A stretch of DNA of 64,000 nucleotides from Carcharhinus longimanus (Eukaryota). The position numbers were made by a program, and so were the translations under genes. The notes beneath the pieces were generated by a model. That model did not search any database and was not told the DNA's origin. It was given only the letters and a program-made list of their open reading frames with translations. Positions 37,345-49,713 of this stretch are shown piece after piece; positions within the stretch are counted from its first letter, which is position 1; each line of letters begins with the position of its first letter. The stretch is taken from assembly GCA_030264375.1 (NCBI GenBank), contig JASCQW010000043.1, positions 77,879,051-77,943,050 on the forward strand, in the 5' to 3' direction.

Positions 37345-37635
37345 CAATATTTTTGTGGTCTTGTGTAACTATAGGTAGTGTCCCTTCCTCTGAGCTAGAA
37401 GCTCTGGGTTCAAACTTCACCCCAAAGCATGACATCAAACTGGAGGCATTCATAACATTGATTATCAACTTGCAAATCCTTCCAACACAAACCAAGAGTA
37501 GTTGATAAGGGCGGGAGAGATTCCTGGTCAGTCATATGATGGAAAGAAAGCTGTGACCTCTATCACCACCATCCATAGCTCCAGACTACAACATACATGT
37601 GAAAGTGCACAGCAACTCAGACAATGTGAGTGATC
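37345..37635 (+). mobile_element. Old tRNA-derived SINE, unassigned family (copy 2)
   Basis: B-box gggttcaaac and blocks shared with 23112-23395. Confidence 0.55.
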
Positions 37636-38219
37636 TGTAACTCACCACCACTTCAATATTTCCCGGTCTCTTTCTATAATTGCTTAAATTGAACTATGTT
37701 GTGGTCACCGTTAGCTACCAATTTCCATACTTCTGTACACTCCAGTCACCTTACTTTATTTTCCAGAATTGGATCCAAATACTACATCCTTCCCTGTTGA
37801 ACTTGAGACATATTTAGCCCTATTTTACCATTTTGATTCTAACTGCTGGGTGGACTTGAAACTGGGAGTGTTTCAGATCCGACTTTTAGACCTATTCTCA
37901 GGCGTCCCCATACGTACTCTGNNNNNNNNNNNNNNNNNNNNNNNNNNNNNNNNNNNNNNNNNNNNNNNNNNNNNNNNNNNNNNNNNNNNNNNNNNNNNNN
38001 NNNNNNNNNNNNNNNNNNNNNNNNNNNNNNNNNNNNNNNNNNNNNNNNNNNNNNNNNNNNNNNNNNNNNNNNNNNNNNNNNNNNNNNNNNNNNNNNNNNN
38101 NNNNNNNNNNNNNNNNNNNNNNNNNNNNNNNNNNNNNNNNNNNNNNNNNNNNNNNNNNNNNNNNNNNCCCACCCCCACTACCACCCAGACTGATCGTAGG
38201 CCCCTTCTCCCCTTCCTCC

Positions 38220-38372
38220 CCCATCAATCTCAGGTAGAGTGGCAGCGACCTCCCTTTCCCCCCCACTGATCTCGGGCAAAGTGGTACACCCTCCCTCTTC
38301 TCCAACCCACTGATCTCAGGCAGAGTGGCAGCAGACTCACCTACCCACCCCCACTGATCTCAAGTAGAGAGT
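38220..38372. repeat. Degenerate minisatellite, ~4 units of 42-48 bp
   Basis: Core cccactgatctcaggcagagtggcagc separated by C-rich spacers, next to a gap. Confidence 0.7.
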
Positions 38373-39233
38373 TGTTGGATGCTTGGCACTTAATTCCTCA
38401 TTAGCTCTCAGTGGTGGAGTGCCCAAAATGGACTTACATGTCTGCTTCATGTTGAATCCAGAGGAGCAAACGCAGTGGTAAAGGGGGAAATGCCCGTAAA
38501 GTTGGGCGTGCAGCCCATTAAGTCAATTTAAATGCTTGAAAGTGACCATTTTTGTGTCTTGGTAAAGGGGAAACCAGTGTGGAGGCAGGCGCAGATCATG
38601 TTACTTGCCTCATGGCTGACTTTACCAAGTTTTTGCACCCAAAAATGGATGCAGCACAGTGGTAAAATCAGGCCCATTGTATGGCATTTTCCCACCATCT
38701 TGAAACAGGTTAAGAGTTGGGGAAATGGGGGCTGGGGAAATGGCAAAGAAATACATTGGGCTGGTTCCATGATGATTTCCCATCAGTTCACATTTTTACT
38801 GGAGGCAGCTCTGAGAGCCATGAGATTCATATGCAGTGGCCAATTTCAAGTATAAAACTGGCAATCCTCTGAACAGTTCCAGGTAAATGGTTGCAATTGT
38901 TTGCTGTCATCTGCAGATGGATCCACAGAATAAAACAAAGCCAGTGAAATTGACTGATGGTTCCATCAGCAGTATGTGCCTCTATAGGCTGCATTCACTG
39001 GCAATGTGGTACTTTGGTAGTTGTACCATTTTACTCCACAATGACATTGCGATTGATAGATGTCAGAATCAAAACCAAAGACAAGTTAAACTGGCTTTCC
39101 AAAATTAAAAACAAGCACACAGTTTCACAGAAGTAAGTTCCCAAAAAAAAACTTGACATTGAAAGTTTAATGTGACCAGAAACTAGGCATATATAGCACT
39201 TATCCTTTGACCTCCAACTCAGTTCAGTGCAGT

Positions 39234-39577
39234 GGGGAAAACAGTGGCATAGTGGTATTGTCACTGGACGACTAATCCAGAGACCCAGGGTAATACTCTG
39301 GGCACCTGGGTTTGAATCCAAAAATGGCAAATGATGAAACTTGAATTCAGTTGAAAAAGTCTAATGATAATCATGAAACCATTGTCAATTGTTATAAAAA
39401 CCCATGTGGCTGACAAGTGTCCTTTCAGGAAGAAAATCTATTGTCTTTATCTGGTCTGGCCTTCATGTGACTCCAAATCCACAGCAATGTGTAAAGCACT
39501 TAATTACCCTCAGGGATGTGTAATAAATGCTGGCCCAGACAGTGATACCCAGATCTCTTGAGCAAATTTTAAAAAAG
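39234..39577 (+). mobile_element. tRNA-derived SINE with a family-B LINE tail
   Basis: A-box tggcatagtgg, B-box gggtttgaatcc, tail agggatgtgtaataaatgctggcccagacagtgatacccagatc...aaaaaa. Confidence 0.75.
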
Positions 39578-39796
39578 ACTTGTCACAACAGTTATATACA
39601 CAACACATCTCATTCAGGGTCAACTCCATGCCACATTGGCAAGGAGTTAACATTTATTATCTGTGCATTTATTCCCATATATGAAACATAATAACATTAT
39701 AATAGTCAAATGTAAACACACACACAAACATTCAAAATGTCAGTCATAAATTAATATGGAAACAGACATGGAAATTCATGTACTCATTCCATGAGA

Positions 39797-40109
39797 GCAG
39801 CACAGTGGTACAGTGGTTAGCACTACTGCCTCTTAGCACCAGGAGCCGGGGTTCAATTCCTGGCCTTGGGTGACTATCTGTATGGAGTTTGCACATTCTC
39901 TCTGTGTCTGCGTGGGTTTAATCCAATTCACCGATTTCCTCCCACAATCCAAAGATGTGTGGGTTAGGTTGATTGGCCATATTAAATTGCCCCTTTGTGT
40001 TAGGGAGATTAGAAGGGTAAATATGTGGACAGGGATAGGATTGGGGGCGATTGTTGTCAGTGTAACCTTGATGGGCCAAATAGCCTCCTTCTGCACTGTA
40101 GATTCTATG
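39797..40109 (+). mobile_element. HE1-type V-SINE, CR1-like tail
   Basis: gcagcacagtggtacagtggttagcactactgcc...gggttcaattcc...ctccttctgcactgtagattctatg. Confidence 0.92.
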
Positions 40110-40112
40110 TAG

Positions 40113-40855
40113 TTTTTTATTCATTCAAGGGACGTGGACCACTCTGGCTTAACCAGCATTTATTTCCNNNNNNNNNNNNTATACTCTTTGAGAAAGAGGT
40201 GGTGAACTGCCTTCTGGAACTGCTGCAGTCCTTGTGGTGTTGGCACACTCATAATGTTGTTAGGGAGGGAATTCCAGGATTTTGACCCAATGACAGTGAA
40301 AGAACAGTGATAAATTTCCAAGTCAGGATGGTGAGGAGTGGAATTTGCAGGTATTGCTGTTCCCATGCATTTGCTGTTCCTGTTCTTCTAGATAATAGTG
40401 GTCAAGGGTTTGCAAGGCGCTGTTTAAGGAGCCTTGTAGAATTTCTGCAGTGCATCTTGTATGATACACATTGTTGCTACTGTATGTCAGTGTAAGAGGG
40501 ATTGAATGTTTGGAGATGGGATGCCAATCAAGTGGGCAACTTTTGTCTTGTATGGTGTCATGAATATCTTGAATGTTGTTGGAGCTGCACTTATTCAGAC
40601 AAGTGGAGAGTATTCCATCACTGTCATGGCTTGTGCCTTGTAAATGGTGGACCAGTTTTGGGTTGACAATGAGTTACTTGCCACAGGATTCCTAGCTTCA
40701 GTATCTGAGGAGTCATGAATGATGCTGAACATTGTGCAAACATCAACAAACATCCTCACTTCTGACCTTATGATGAAAGGAAGGTCATTGATAAAGCAGC
40801 TGAAGATGGTTGGGCCTAGGACACTACCATGAGGAACTCCTGCGGTGATGTCCTG
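40113..40855 (-). mobile_element. CR1/L2-group LINE (family B) 3' fragment with internal deletion
   Basis: Homologous to 6125-6700, then joined to an upstream RT-region piece. Confidence 0.8.
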
Positions 40856-41914
40856 CAGGGAAAGGAAATTTTACTGATTTGTTTTTAATACGCCCCTGAA
40901 TCACAGAAGCTTTTTTAAAGATAGATCTTGCTATCACTGTGTCTCTGGCCAGTGATGTCATTGGTTTTCTGCGCGGACAAATGTCTACGCGCAGATGGGT
41001 ATCAGTGGCCATCTTGTGTTGGCAGAAGATACTCTGCCGTCTATATTGTTCCACTCTCTCTTTCTTCATTCAGCTCAGCAGCACCACAGCATTCACAGAA
41101 ATCACCCTATACTTCAGGCACTCTATTAGAAACACATCTTCATAACAGTAGGTATAATTTAGAAGTATATGAATATTGTAATCTCCATTTACTAAGTAGC
41201 TCTCTTTCTCCTTTCTACCCTTGTTTGAATCAATAAAGCACAGACAGACTAAATTGACCATGAATACAACTTACGCTATTAAGTAGGGTGATAATGAATG
41301 CAGCCTTTCTTGTGAATCCACTAATTACTGCCTGCTTCACTCAGAATTAAAACTGTCATATTGCCAAAGCCTGGTGCTTTGTTTGTCTTCATACTTAAAT
41401 GGTATTTCTATGCATATAGGACATGGTCAGGTTTTTCCCTTGCATTTCAAACTTTGTTGAAGAAATTTTGCCGGTTCATCTAATTAAACTAATTAATATT
41501 GGATCATGTATCTTGTTATAATTATAAGCTAGCCGAATGCTTCAATGCATGTATATTTCTATACTAGTCCATCAAGTATAGGATCATACAGCAAAATGGA
41601 TAATTAAGATATCTACTTTGCTAAAAATGAAAATGTAGCTTTCTTCAATTAAGCAATCAAAGGTTACAGTCAGTTAAGTACTGAAGAAATGGTGTTATGT
41701 GAATAGAAAGCAAATATGAAGAGATTTGGAACCTGCATTAAGACCTGTGACATTTTCTAGTGGTATGATGGGAGACCAGTGGAATTCCAATTGACTTTTT
41801 GAGCTAACTTTTTATTTGCAATTTTTTTCCCTTCTGCTGCTGTCCAGTGGGTCCAAGGGGCATGAGGATGGTCAGGCTTGTTTCATTGATCGGCCTGCAA
41901 GAGGAGGGACATGT

Positions 41915-42892
41915 CGATCGGTTCTGACGCGCCTACAGTGAAAAACTGCACCGACCTCCTCAGAAGACAAACACAGGACACGGTGGACAGAGAACCCTTC
42001 GTCGTCCAGTACTTTCCCGGAGTGGAGAAGCTACGACATCTTCTCCAGAGTCTTCAACACATCATTGATGAAGATGAACATCTCGCCAAGGCCATCCCCA
42101 CACTCCCACTTCTTGTCTTCAAACAACCACACAACCTCAAACAGACCGTCGTTCGCAGCAAACTACCCAGCCTTCAGGAGAACAGTGACCACAACACTAC
42201 ACAACCCTGCCACAGCAACCTCTGCAAGACATGCCAGATCATTGACACAGATGCCATCATCTCACATGAGAACACCATCCACCNNNNNNNNNNNNNNNNN
42301 NNNNNNNNNNNNNNNNNNNNNNNNNNNNNNNNNNNNNNNNNNNNNNNNNNNNNNNNNNNNNNNNNNNNNNNNNNNNNNNNNNNNNNNNNNNNNNNNNNNN
42401 NNNNNNNNNNNNNNNNNNNNNNNNNNNNNNNNNNNNNNNNNNNNNNNNNNNNNNNNNNNNNNNNNNNNNNNNNNNNNNNNNNNNNNNNNNNNNNNNNNNN
42501 NNNNNNNNNNNNNNNNNNNNNNNNNNNNNNNNNNNNNNNNNNNNNNNNNNNNNNNNNNNNNNNNNNNNNNNNNNNNNNNNNNNNNNNNNNNNNNNNNNNN
42601 NNNNNNNNNNNNNNNNNNNNNNNNNNNNNNNNNNNNNNNNNNNNNNNNNNNNNNNNNNNNNNNNNNNNNNNNNNNNNNNNNNNNNNNNNNNNNNNNNNNN
42701 NNNNNNNNNNNNNNNNNNNNNNNNNNNNNNNNNNNNNNNNNNNNNNNGTCAGAACCCTCCACACACCTGACGAAGGAACAGTGTACCGAAAGCTTGTGGG
42801 ATTACTATCAAATATACTGGTTGGACTTTAACCTGGTGTTGTGAGACTTTTTACTGTGTTTACCCCAGTCCAACACCGGCATCTCTACATCA
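41915..42892 (+). mobile_element. Penelope-like element 3' part (ORF end, gap, pseudo-LTR)
   Basis: PFVVQYFPG.EKLRHLL...LAK..PT.PLL.FKQP.NLKQT.VRSKLP...PC....CKTC (the linker preceding GIY-YIG); pLTR ends ccagtccaacaccggcatctctacatca. Confidence 0.9.
42764..42798 (+). ncRNA. Minimal type-I hammerhead ribozyme motif in the Penelope pLTR (partly decayed)
   Basis: cac-CTGACGA-a-ggaacagtgtacc-GAAA-gc-TT-gtg: both core boxes, stem I cac/gtg, palindromic stem III (aagctt), one mismatch in stem II. Confidence 0.7.
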
Positions 42893-44096
42893 GTACCGCA
42901 ACAGACAGGAGCAGTATTAAATGGGCAGAACTTGTAGTGAAAACAGATGAGGCACTACAAAGTCTTCTCTTTTTAGGCATTTCCATCCACTTCATCTGAT
43001 CCATTGCCAGTTACACTATGACAACTCCAGGAAATGGTGCTATGCAGGCAAATGGAAAAAAATCCGCCGGCGAGCTGGGCCACACTCGCTCTGCATCCAT
43101 ATGCATGTGATGATTGGTGAAGAATGGTCATCAGTGATTACTGTAAGGTTGATAGGAGAGAAAACCAGCTCAAGCAATGAGGCAGCATTCATTGTTTGAT
43201 GATGGGGATTTATTCTCTCCCCAGTTTCAAATTTAATGGGCTCCGGGGATACAGTTCCTTATTTCTTTCTGTTAATCTTTCATAGCAGTTTTGCTATTAA
43301 AATTTCAAGGACTAATTTTTATAGTGCCAATTATCTCATCATTATAACTGGAATTTATTACTCAGACTACAGACACAATTTGTGTTAAAGTACAACTTTG
43401 GTATTTTACAGCAAAGAAGTTTCTCTGTTTAATTGGAGAATTATCTCATTTCATTTCTTAAGAATTCCTATATTACACTTTCTTAAAGAGTGGTAATTTT
43501 GCCAGCATTACGTGACCATGTTAAACTAGTCTCTGTATGCCATGAGAGATTGCCCGCTGTTTTTGTGTTGCTGTACAGGGAAAGTAAGAATATACATTAA
43601 AGCCAGCTCAATAGTATATTTTATTATTACCTAATATCTATGTACTAAGTTGGCAAGTCCATTCATAGAAACACTTAGAACGCTGAAGTGTTCGCCAACA
43701 GGAAGGGAACAGTCTTGCCTGGTGATTGTCGAGCGATGTTCTAGCCACCAATTGATTACATCTATCCATGACTTTTGCACTTTCCCCATCAGGGAGTTCT
43801 GTAAACAAGGCTTTCACAATCTAGGTATAGCATGAAGAGATGTGGATTGACGGCTTGTGTCTGATCAAGCAGCCTGTGTGCTTTTGAAGCCTGTTTTTAA
43901 CTGGCAGCTTTATTTAATTGCTCTAGGTAACCTTCTACAATCCATTTTCCTGGGCTCAAACTTTAAAGTTGAGAGGGTGTAATTGTTTATGCCAAGATTT
44001 CTTCAGTATATCACTTAAGTTTTGGATGCCCTGTGAGTAGTGGAGCTCTGATAGCAGTCAGGAAATCCAGAAGGTGGGGTGGTGCATAGGAACATA

Positions 44097-44304
44097 GACC
44101 AAAATCTTGCTGCCATTCACACCAGTGGAATCTTATGGTCTACCTGACAGCACACCTCCACTGTGGGTTTCCTTGTGGTCAGGGGTGCATTCAACAGGAA
44201 ACCCCATAGAAAACAAGGGAACCATAATATCCCACCACAAGCGAACAACATGCTGCCTCTCACCACCATGAAACATCCCACAGAGTAGGACAAAAATCTC
44301 ACTC
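44097..44304. mobile_element. Short MITE-like element, same family as 19499-19689
   Basis: Shared internal blocks (ttcacacc, gggacca..atcccac, gaaacat..) and degenerate TIRs. Confidence 0.5.
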
Positions 44305-44306
44305 AT

Positions 44307-44745
44307 GGTAAATAGGAACAGGAGTAGGTTGTTCAAGCCTTTGGACCTGCTCCACCATTCAATATGATCATGGCTGATCCTCTATCACAAAACCATATTC
44401 CAGCACTTTCCTCTTAATGTCTTTAGAGTCTAGAAATCTTTATATTTTCTCCTTAAGTATATTCACTGACTTGGCCTTCACAGCTTTCTGTAGTCGAGAA
44501 TGTCACAAATTCCCCATTGTCTCATCCCTGTCCTAAATAGCCTGTCCCATATCCTGACTCTGTGTCCCCTGGTTCTAGATTCCCCAACCAGGGAAAACGT
44601 CCTCCGTGCATCTGGTCTGTCCAACTCAGTCAGAATTTTAAATTTTTCAGTGTGATTCCCTCTCATTCTTCTAAATTCCAGTGAATATAGGCCCAGCTGA
44701 TCAAATCTCTCCTAATGTGACAATCCTGCCATCCCCAGAATCAGT
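44307..44745 (-). mobile_element. CR1 LINE 3' fragment
   Basis: Minus ORF ..FKILTELDR.DA.R.FSLVGESRTRGH; tail aggaacaggagtagg...caccattcaatatgatcatggctgat. Confidence 0.85.
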
Positions 44746-44869
44746 GTGGCATATTGCCATACTGTTGAATTTTCATATCATTTCCATGTTTCCTGACTAA
44801 CTAACATCAATGAGTGTGATTTCAATGCCAGAGACAAAAAAGACATTCCAACATGCAATCTAAAGAAAT

Positions 44870-45148
44870 AAAGATTTGCATTTATGTAATTGGGCATGAG
44901 CCAATTGATCTCTCAAAATGCTTTACAGCCAATGAGATACTTTTGCAGTGCAGTCATGCTGTAATGTAGAAAATGGGACAGCCAATTTCGTTCTCAACAA
45001 ACTCTCACAAACAGCCAGGATCTTGGTTTATTATCTCTTTTGAATGATGGCACCTCTGACAGTGCAGAATTCCCTCAGTACTACACTAGAGTGTCAGCCT
45101 TGATTTTTGTACTTAATCTGGAGTGAGACTTGAAAATTTGTGACTCAC
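44870..45148 (-). mobile_element. Deu-domain SINE (SacSINE1/AmnSINE1-like), internally deleted
   Basis: atggcacctctgacagtgcagaattccctcagtactacactagagtgtcagcct (Deu core, reverse) plus L2-type tail gctttacagccaatga..ttgcatttat. Confidence 0.75.
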
Positions 45149-45169
45149 TGGGGAGTTGGAAACCAAAGG

Positions 45170-47000
45170 GAAAGAAGTAGTGGAGGCGAGTGAAAAAGAT
45201 CAGCCTTTTGTTCAGTGGTGCCTCCTTGGAAATGCTGCCCAAATGGCCAGAAGAAGTAGTTGGCTGGGTGTTTGGAGACAGCAGAATTGGTCAGCCGTAA
45301 GCATATAATGCTAGACTCCTGTATATAATGTAGGAAGCAGTTCAATGACCTACACATGGCAACTTACCTCGTAGATATACCCATTCCTTTCTATCTATGC
45401 ACTTCCTCACATCTTCTTCAATCAAGCTACGATTGACACTCATGCAATGTCATGCTTCTCCATAATAGTCACTCTCAGCAAATGCTCTCCATCCATCCTT
45501 TCAACACATTGTAACACTGAGCAAACGTCAGTCATTACAACCTCTGAATGTTTCTCTTCCCCATTTTAAAGCAAAGAGAGCATAGGACAGAAAGGTAAGA
45601 CAGAGAATCAGAGGAGACCTTCCATAAATCTCACACCTAACAAGTGCAGTGAAGGAGGCAATGAAAAGTAGTGTTGTTGTCTGGCCATTAAAGTTGGGAA
45701 ATGAAGACCTCCCAGCTATCTGCTGACGGAATTAAAAGTCAGCCAGCCAGATGGTTTACAACACTTACTCATATTTTGTTCATGTTAACAGTAAGTGAAA
45801 TGTGATCAGATGCATAACTTTAAACTTTCTTACCTGACAGCACTCATTTATATCTTTTTTCGCCCACAGGACGTCATGCATTGGCAGCGTGTGGTAACTC
45901 CTCAGTGAAGCTTAACCCTTTGTGAGTGCACTGTCACGGGACTCATGCAGGCCATGCACCAGCTCAGACACAAACAGTCCTGTGGGACTGGTACACCTAT
46001 TTTCATCACGAGTTAAAATGAGCTGATGGTGTAAACAGGGAAAGCAGTGGCGGGTTCATGTTGCAGAGTACAGGGTGCTCCAGTCTTCATTGAGCTGGAA
46101 GCAGATGCTGTATGTTTCTCAGAGGCCTCTGATGAAGAGAATGCTGCTGGAGTAGCACCAGATGTTAGGGCAGATATTCCGGCTGCACTGTGTACTCTTG
46201 CCGAGAGATTAGAAAAGTCTGTCTCAAACATGAGTGGCACAATGTCACAGGAAATTTGTGATGATGTCTGCATCCATGGACAGAACAGCCGGCTGCATGG
46301 AGGATCAGAGGTAACCATACAAGCACATATATGTTCTCAGCAATGGCTTGCTCACACTGAGCAGAATTTAAACTTCTCCCACTTGGAGCCAGAGCTGGAG
46401 TGCCTTTCACTGTCCTGATTCACATTGATTAATTCAAGAATGTGAAAGTTTGAGGATAGCCGAAAGCTGGTTGAGGATCTTAAAGTGGTCAATAGTCAAT
46501 TCATGAGCACGTAAGGATATCTCATCCCATTATATCAGCAGCAGTGGTGAAGTGAGGTGTTGGGGGATGGCTGGGGTTGGGAAGGGCAGGGTTGTAGGTT
46601 CATATTCATGTAGGGAGACCATCAGGCCAGGAATAGTTAGGAAGCCACACTGGGGGGGCAGGACCTTCTGATCTGATACTGTGTGGCCCATGGTGGGCCC
46701 TCTGTTAAAAGACCCCCTCCACAACCTCCCCCACTCCAGCTTTACCAGCTCCCATCTCACCGGAGCATGACTGACTGGCCTCAGTGAGCCTGCCCAACTC
46801 ATCTTCCAATTGGTTGGCAGATTCTGGAGGTGGGTTCTTCACCTTTAAAGTCACAGCAGAACCAATGACATGTGGTTAACTGTTGATTGGCACTTAACCC
46901 CACCGAGAGGTAGTTCTCTCCCAGAAATGGCTGCCATGAGATTGTCACCAGCCTTCTAGCCAGTGCTCGATGCTCCTGCAGTGGCCATTAAATTCAGCCT
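45170..47000 (+). mobile_element. Decayed Harbinger-like element (Myb-like exon remnants, GC-rich terminus)
   Basis: FSGASLEML...CRKQFNDL motif at ~45210-45350, followed by intron- and exon-like pieces. Confidence 0.35.
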
Positions 47001-47864
47001 ATGAATGACGCCTCAAACTGGGTGTCTGATGCCCTAGTCTTCATTGTTCAATGTCACACAAGATCAACAGCCCTCTAGTTCCTTGCTAGCAGGGAACTCT
47101 AGGTAACTCTAATGTGATTGACTGTGATCTATGTTCCTGTATTTCTTACCTTTCTTTCTGCAAATGCCATTTCTTTATAAACCTGATTCAGAATTGGAGC
47201 CTGAAATATAAGGTCTATGTACATAACAGACCATTGTACATACTAATGTTGAATGCTAGTTGCCAGGTTAGTTCGTGCAGAGGTCTGCGCTTGTAAGAAA
47301 CGTAGGTTTGAAAGTGGAAATAATCCTTTGGGTTGAGTGCAAGCAAAGCTATCTGGAGAAATTTGGAACTATATACCATACCAACAAAATCAGCAAATGG
47401 AAATGGCAATTCCAAATAAGGGTAAAGTTGAGAGTAACTTTATTCTGGGAGAGTAAAGACAGTTGATCCTCAATAATTTGGGAATTACAAAAGCAGTCAG
47501 ACAAAACAATAGCCAATGAAGCTTCATACTGACAATAAGTATTGCATGCAGGAGTAAAAATATGGGGAGCATTTGTACACATTAAGTGGTATCAAAATGG
47601 CACAGAATTAAGCTTAAGGAGACCTGGGAAGTTTAAGGGACTCAACACTCAATATGACCATCCCTGCAGACCAGAAAAGCAAATGAAAAGCTGAGTGATA
47701 TAGCTGAAACATTAGCATATAAGTTGGTGGAAGTCATATCTGTTTAATGTTGTTGTCAAAATGTACTTTGGGCATTGTGCTGAGACGTAAGAGTGTTACT
47801 CAAGCTCTCTTGGCAGTTCAGAGATGCTTCATTCCTCTTTCCAGAAGACTGAGAGGAAATACTA

Positions 47865-48007
47865 GAGGCAGGATTTTCCTATCCCACCTGCCACGGAAAT
47901 CAAAGTGGGCAGGAATGAAATTTTGGCAGACCATGCAAAGGTCTATTGACCACAGATGGAAATTTCATCTGTGGCTATTGGAATGTGGCAATTGGAAAAT
48001 CCCATCC
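47865..48007. mobile_element. Short MITE-like element
   Basis: TIRs ggcaggattttcc ... ggaaaatcccatcc. Confidence 0.6.
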
Positions 48008-48309
48008 AAGATATATTTGAAAGAAAGAGGGGGGTGGGGAGGGAGCTAATTTTCATCTTTGATACAGGCATAAAACTGATGGTTGTGCCTATTATAAATC
48101 TCGTAGATTTGCGTAATGGATCATTGACCCACAACTGCAAGTTGTTCACTCTGCTTAAAGTGAAAATTACTCCTTGGACTTTTCCACTTGAAATAAGATG
48201 ATCGAGAAATTACTTTATCGAGGTATATAAGGGGATTAATATTAAGTAGAAATTGGATCCAATGTACTATGATGATTTAGCTTCAAATAATAGAATGAGG
48301 GAATAAAAT

Positions 48310-48635
48310 GTTTTTAAAATTCAGTTGTGGAATGTGGGCATTGCTGGCAGGGCCAGCAATTATTGCCCATTGCTAGTTTCCTTTGAGAAGGTGGTGGTGA
48401 GTTGCTTTCTTGAACTGCTGCAGTCCACGTAGTTTAAGTACACTCACAGTGCTGTTAGGGAGGGAGTTCCAGGATTTTGACCCAGTGACAGTAAAGGGAT
48501 AGAGCTATATTTTAAAATCAGATGGTGGGTGTCTTGGAGGGGAACCTCCAGGTGGTGGAGTTGCCAGATATCTTCTGCTCTTCTCCTTCTAGATGGTAGT
48601 GGTCATGGGTTTGCAAGATCCTATCTAAGGAACAT
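48310..48635 (-). mobile_element. Family-B LINE 3' end
   Basis: gtgggcattgctggcagggccagcaattattgcccattgctagtttcctttgagaagg... Confidence 0.8.
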
Positions 48636-48990
48636 CGTTGAGATCAAACTAATAGAACAAAAATTTTGAATGGATAACAATAATCACAGAGAGAGCAATT
48701 TGCATATGGAATGTACTTTCAGGTTGGGAAGAAGAGCCATTTAATGAACAGTCCTCAATTGCCAAATCAAACCTCTTGAAATAACTTTAAAAGAAAAATA
48801 AAGTGAGGATTTAAATAGAAATTAAATTTAAATAGAAATTATAATAATATTCCTGGTGTGCTCAAAATATACCATGCTGGCTGGTTCAGGTGACAAAATG
48901 TTGAAAAAGTTATCCTCAAGTTACAAACACTTCTATGATACTTACTTCAACTATCATCAGTGGCAATTCTTTATTACCTCATACAATATT

Positions 48991-49260
48991 GCATGGTGGC
49001 ACCATGGTTAGCACTACTGCCTCCCAGGGACCCAGGTTTGATTCCCAGCTTGGGTCATTGTGCAAAGTTTGCACACTCTCCTCGTGTCTGTGTGGGTTTC
49101 CTCCTGGCGCTCCGGTTTCCTCCCACAGTCTGAAAAACGTGCTGATTAGATGAATTGACCCAATCAGGTGCTGGAATGTGGCGACAAGGGGAATTTCACA
49201 GAAACTTCATTGCAGTATTAATGTCAGTCTGATTGTGACCAATAAATAAACTTTAACTTT
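48991..49260 (+). mobile_element. HE1-type V-SINE, B tail
   Basis: Head, V-domain, tail ggcgacaaggggaatttcacagaaacttcattgcag...aataaataaacttt. Confidence 0.9.
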
Positions 49261-49713
49261 TTACACTGTTAAAAACAACATTTCTGTAAAAGCACAGATA
49301 CACTGCAGCCAAGTTCTCACCACATTTTGTGCAATCTGTTCTTTGTATTAATGCATTTTTTCATGATTATTCTCCTTCCTATTCCGTGATGGAAAGACTA
49401 TACCTATTAAACAATGCTTGCACTTATTAATAAATCACTGATAATTAAAATATTATTTAACATCAGCAGAAAGTAAATAAAGAACAGAAGTCCATTTACC
49501 ATTTCATTGAGATCAGCTAGAATTTCGGCATGTAAACATAAAACAAAGTCATTATTAAAAATACTACTTATCGTAAAATCATAATATTAAAGTTATTTAA
49601 CTTATAAAGGATAGACGCTAATTAATACTGATATTGATGTTATTTCACAAATATGAAAGTCACATTACTGAGCAGTTACTGAAGAGATAAGATCAATAAA
49701 TACAGTGAAATTA

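Noticed and set aside
38220-38372. Possible CRISPR array
   Set aside because: Eukaryotic context, degenerate repeats, low-complexity spacers and no cas genes.
39797-39870. tRNA-like A/B boxes
   Set aside because: SINE heads continuous with V-domain bodies, not tRNA genes.
32751-42844. Long ORFs containing X runs
   Set aside because: Artefacts of translating through N gaps; only the Penelope portion at 41911-42284 is real.
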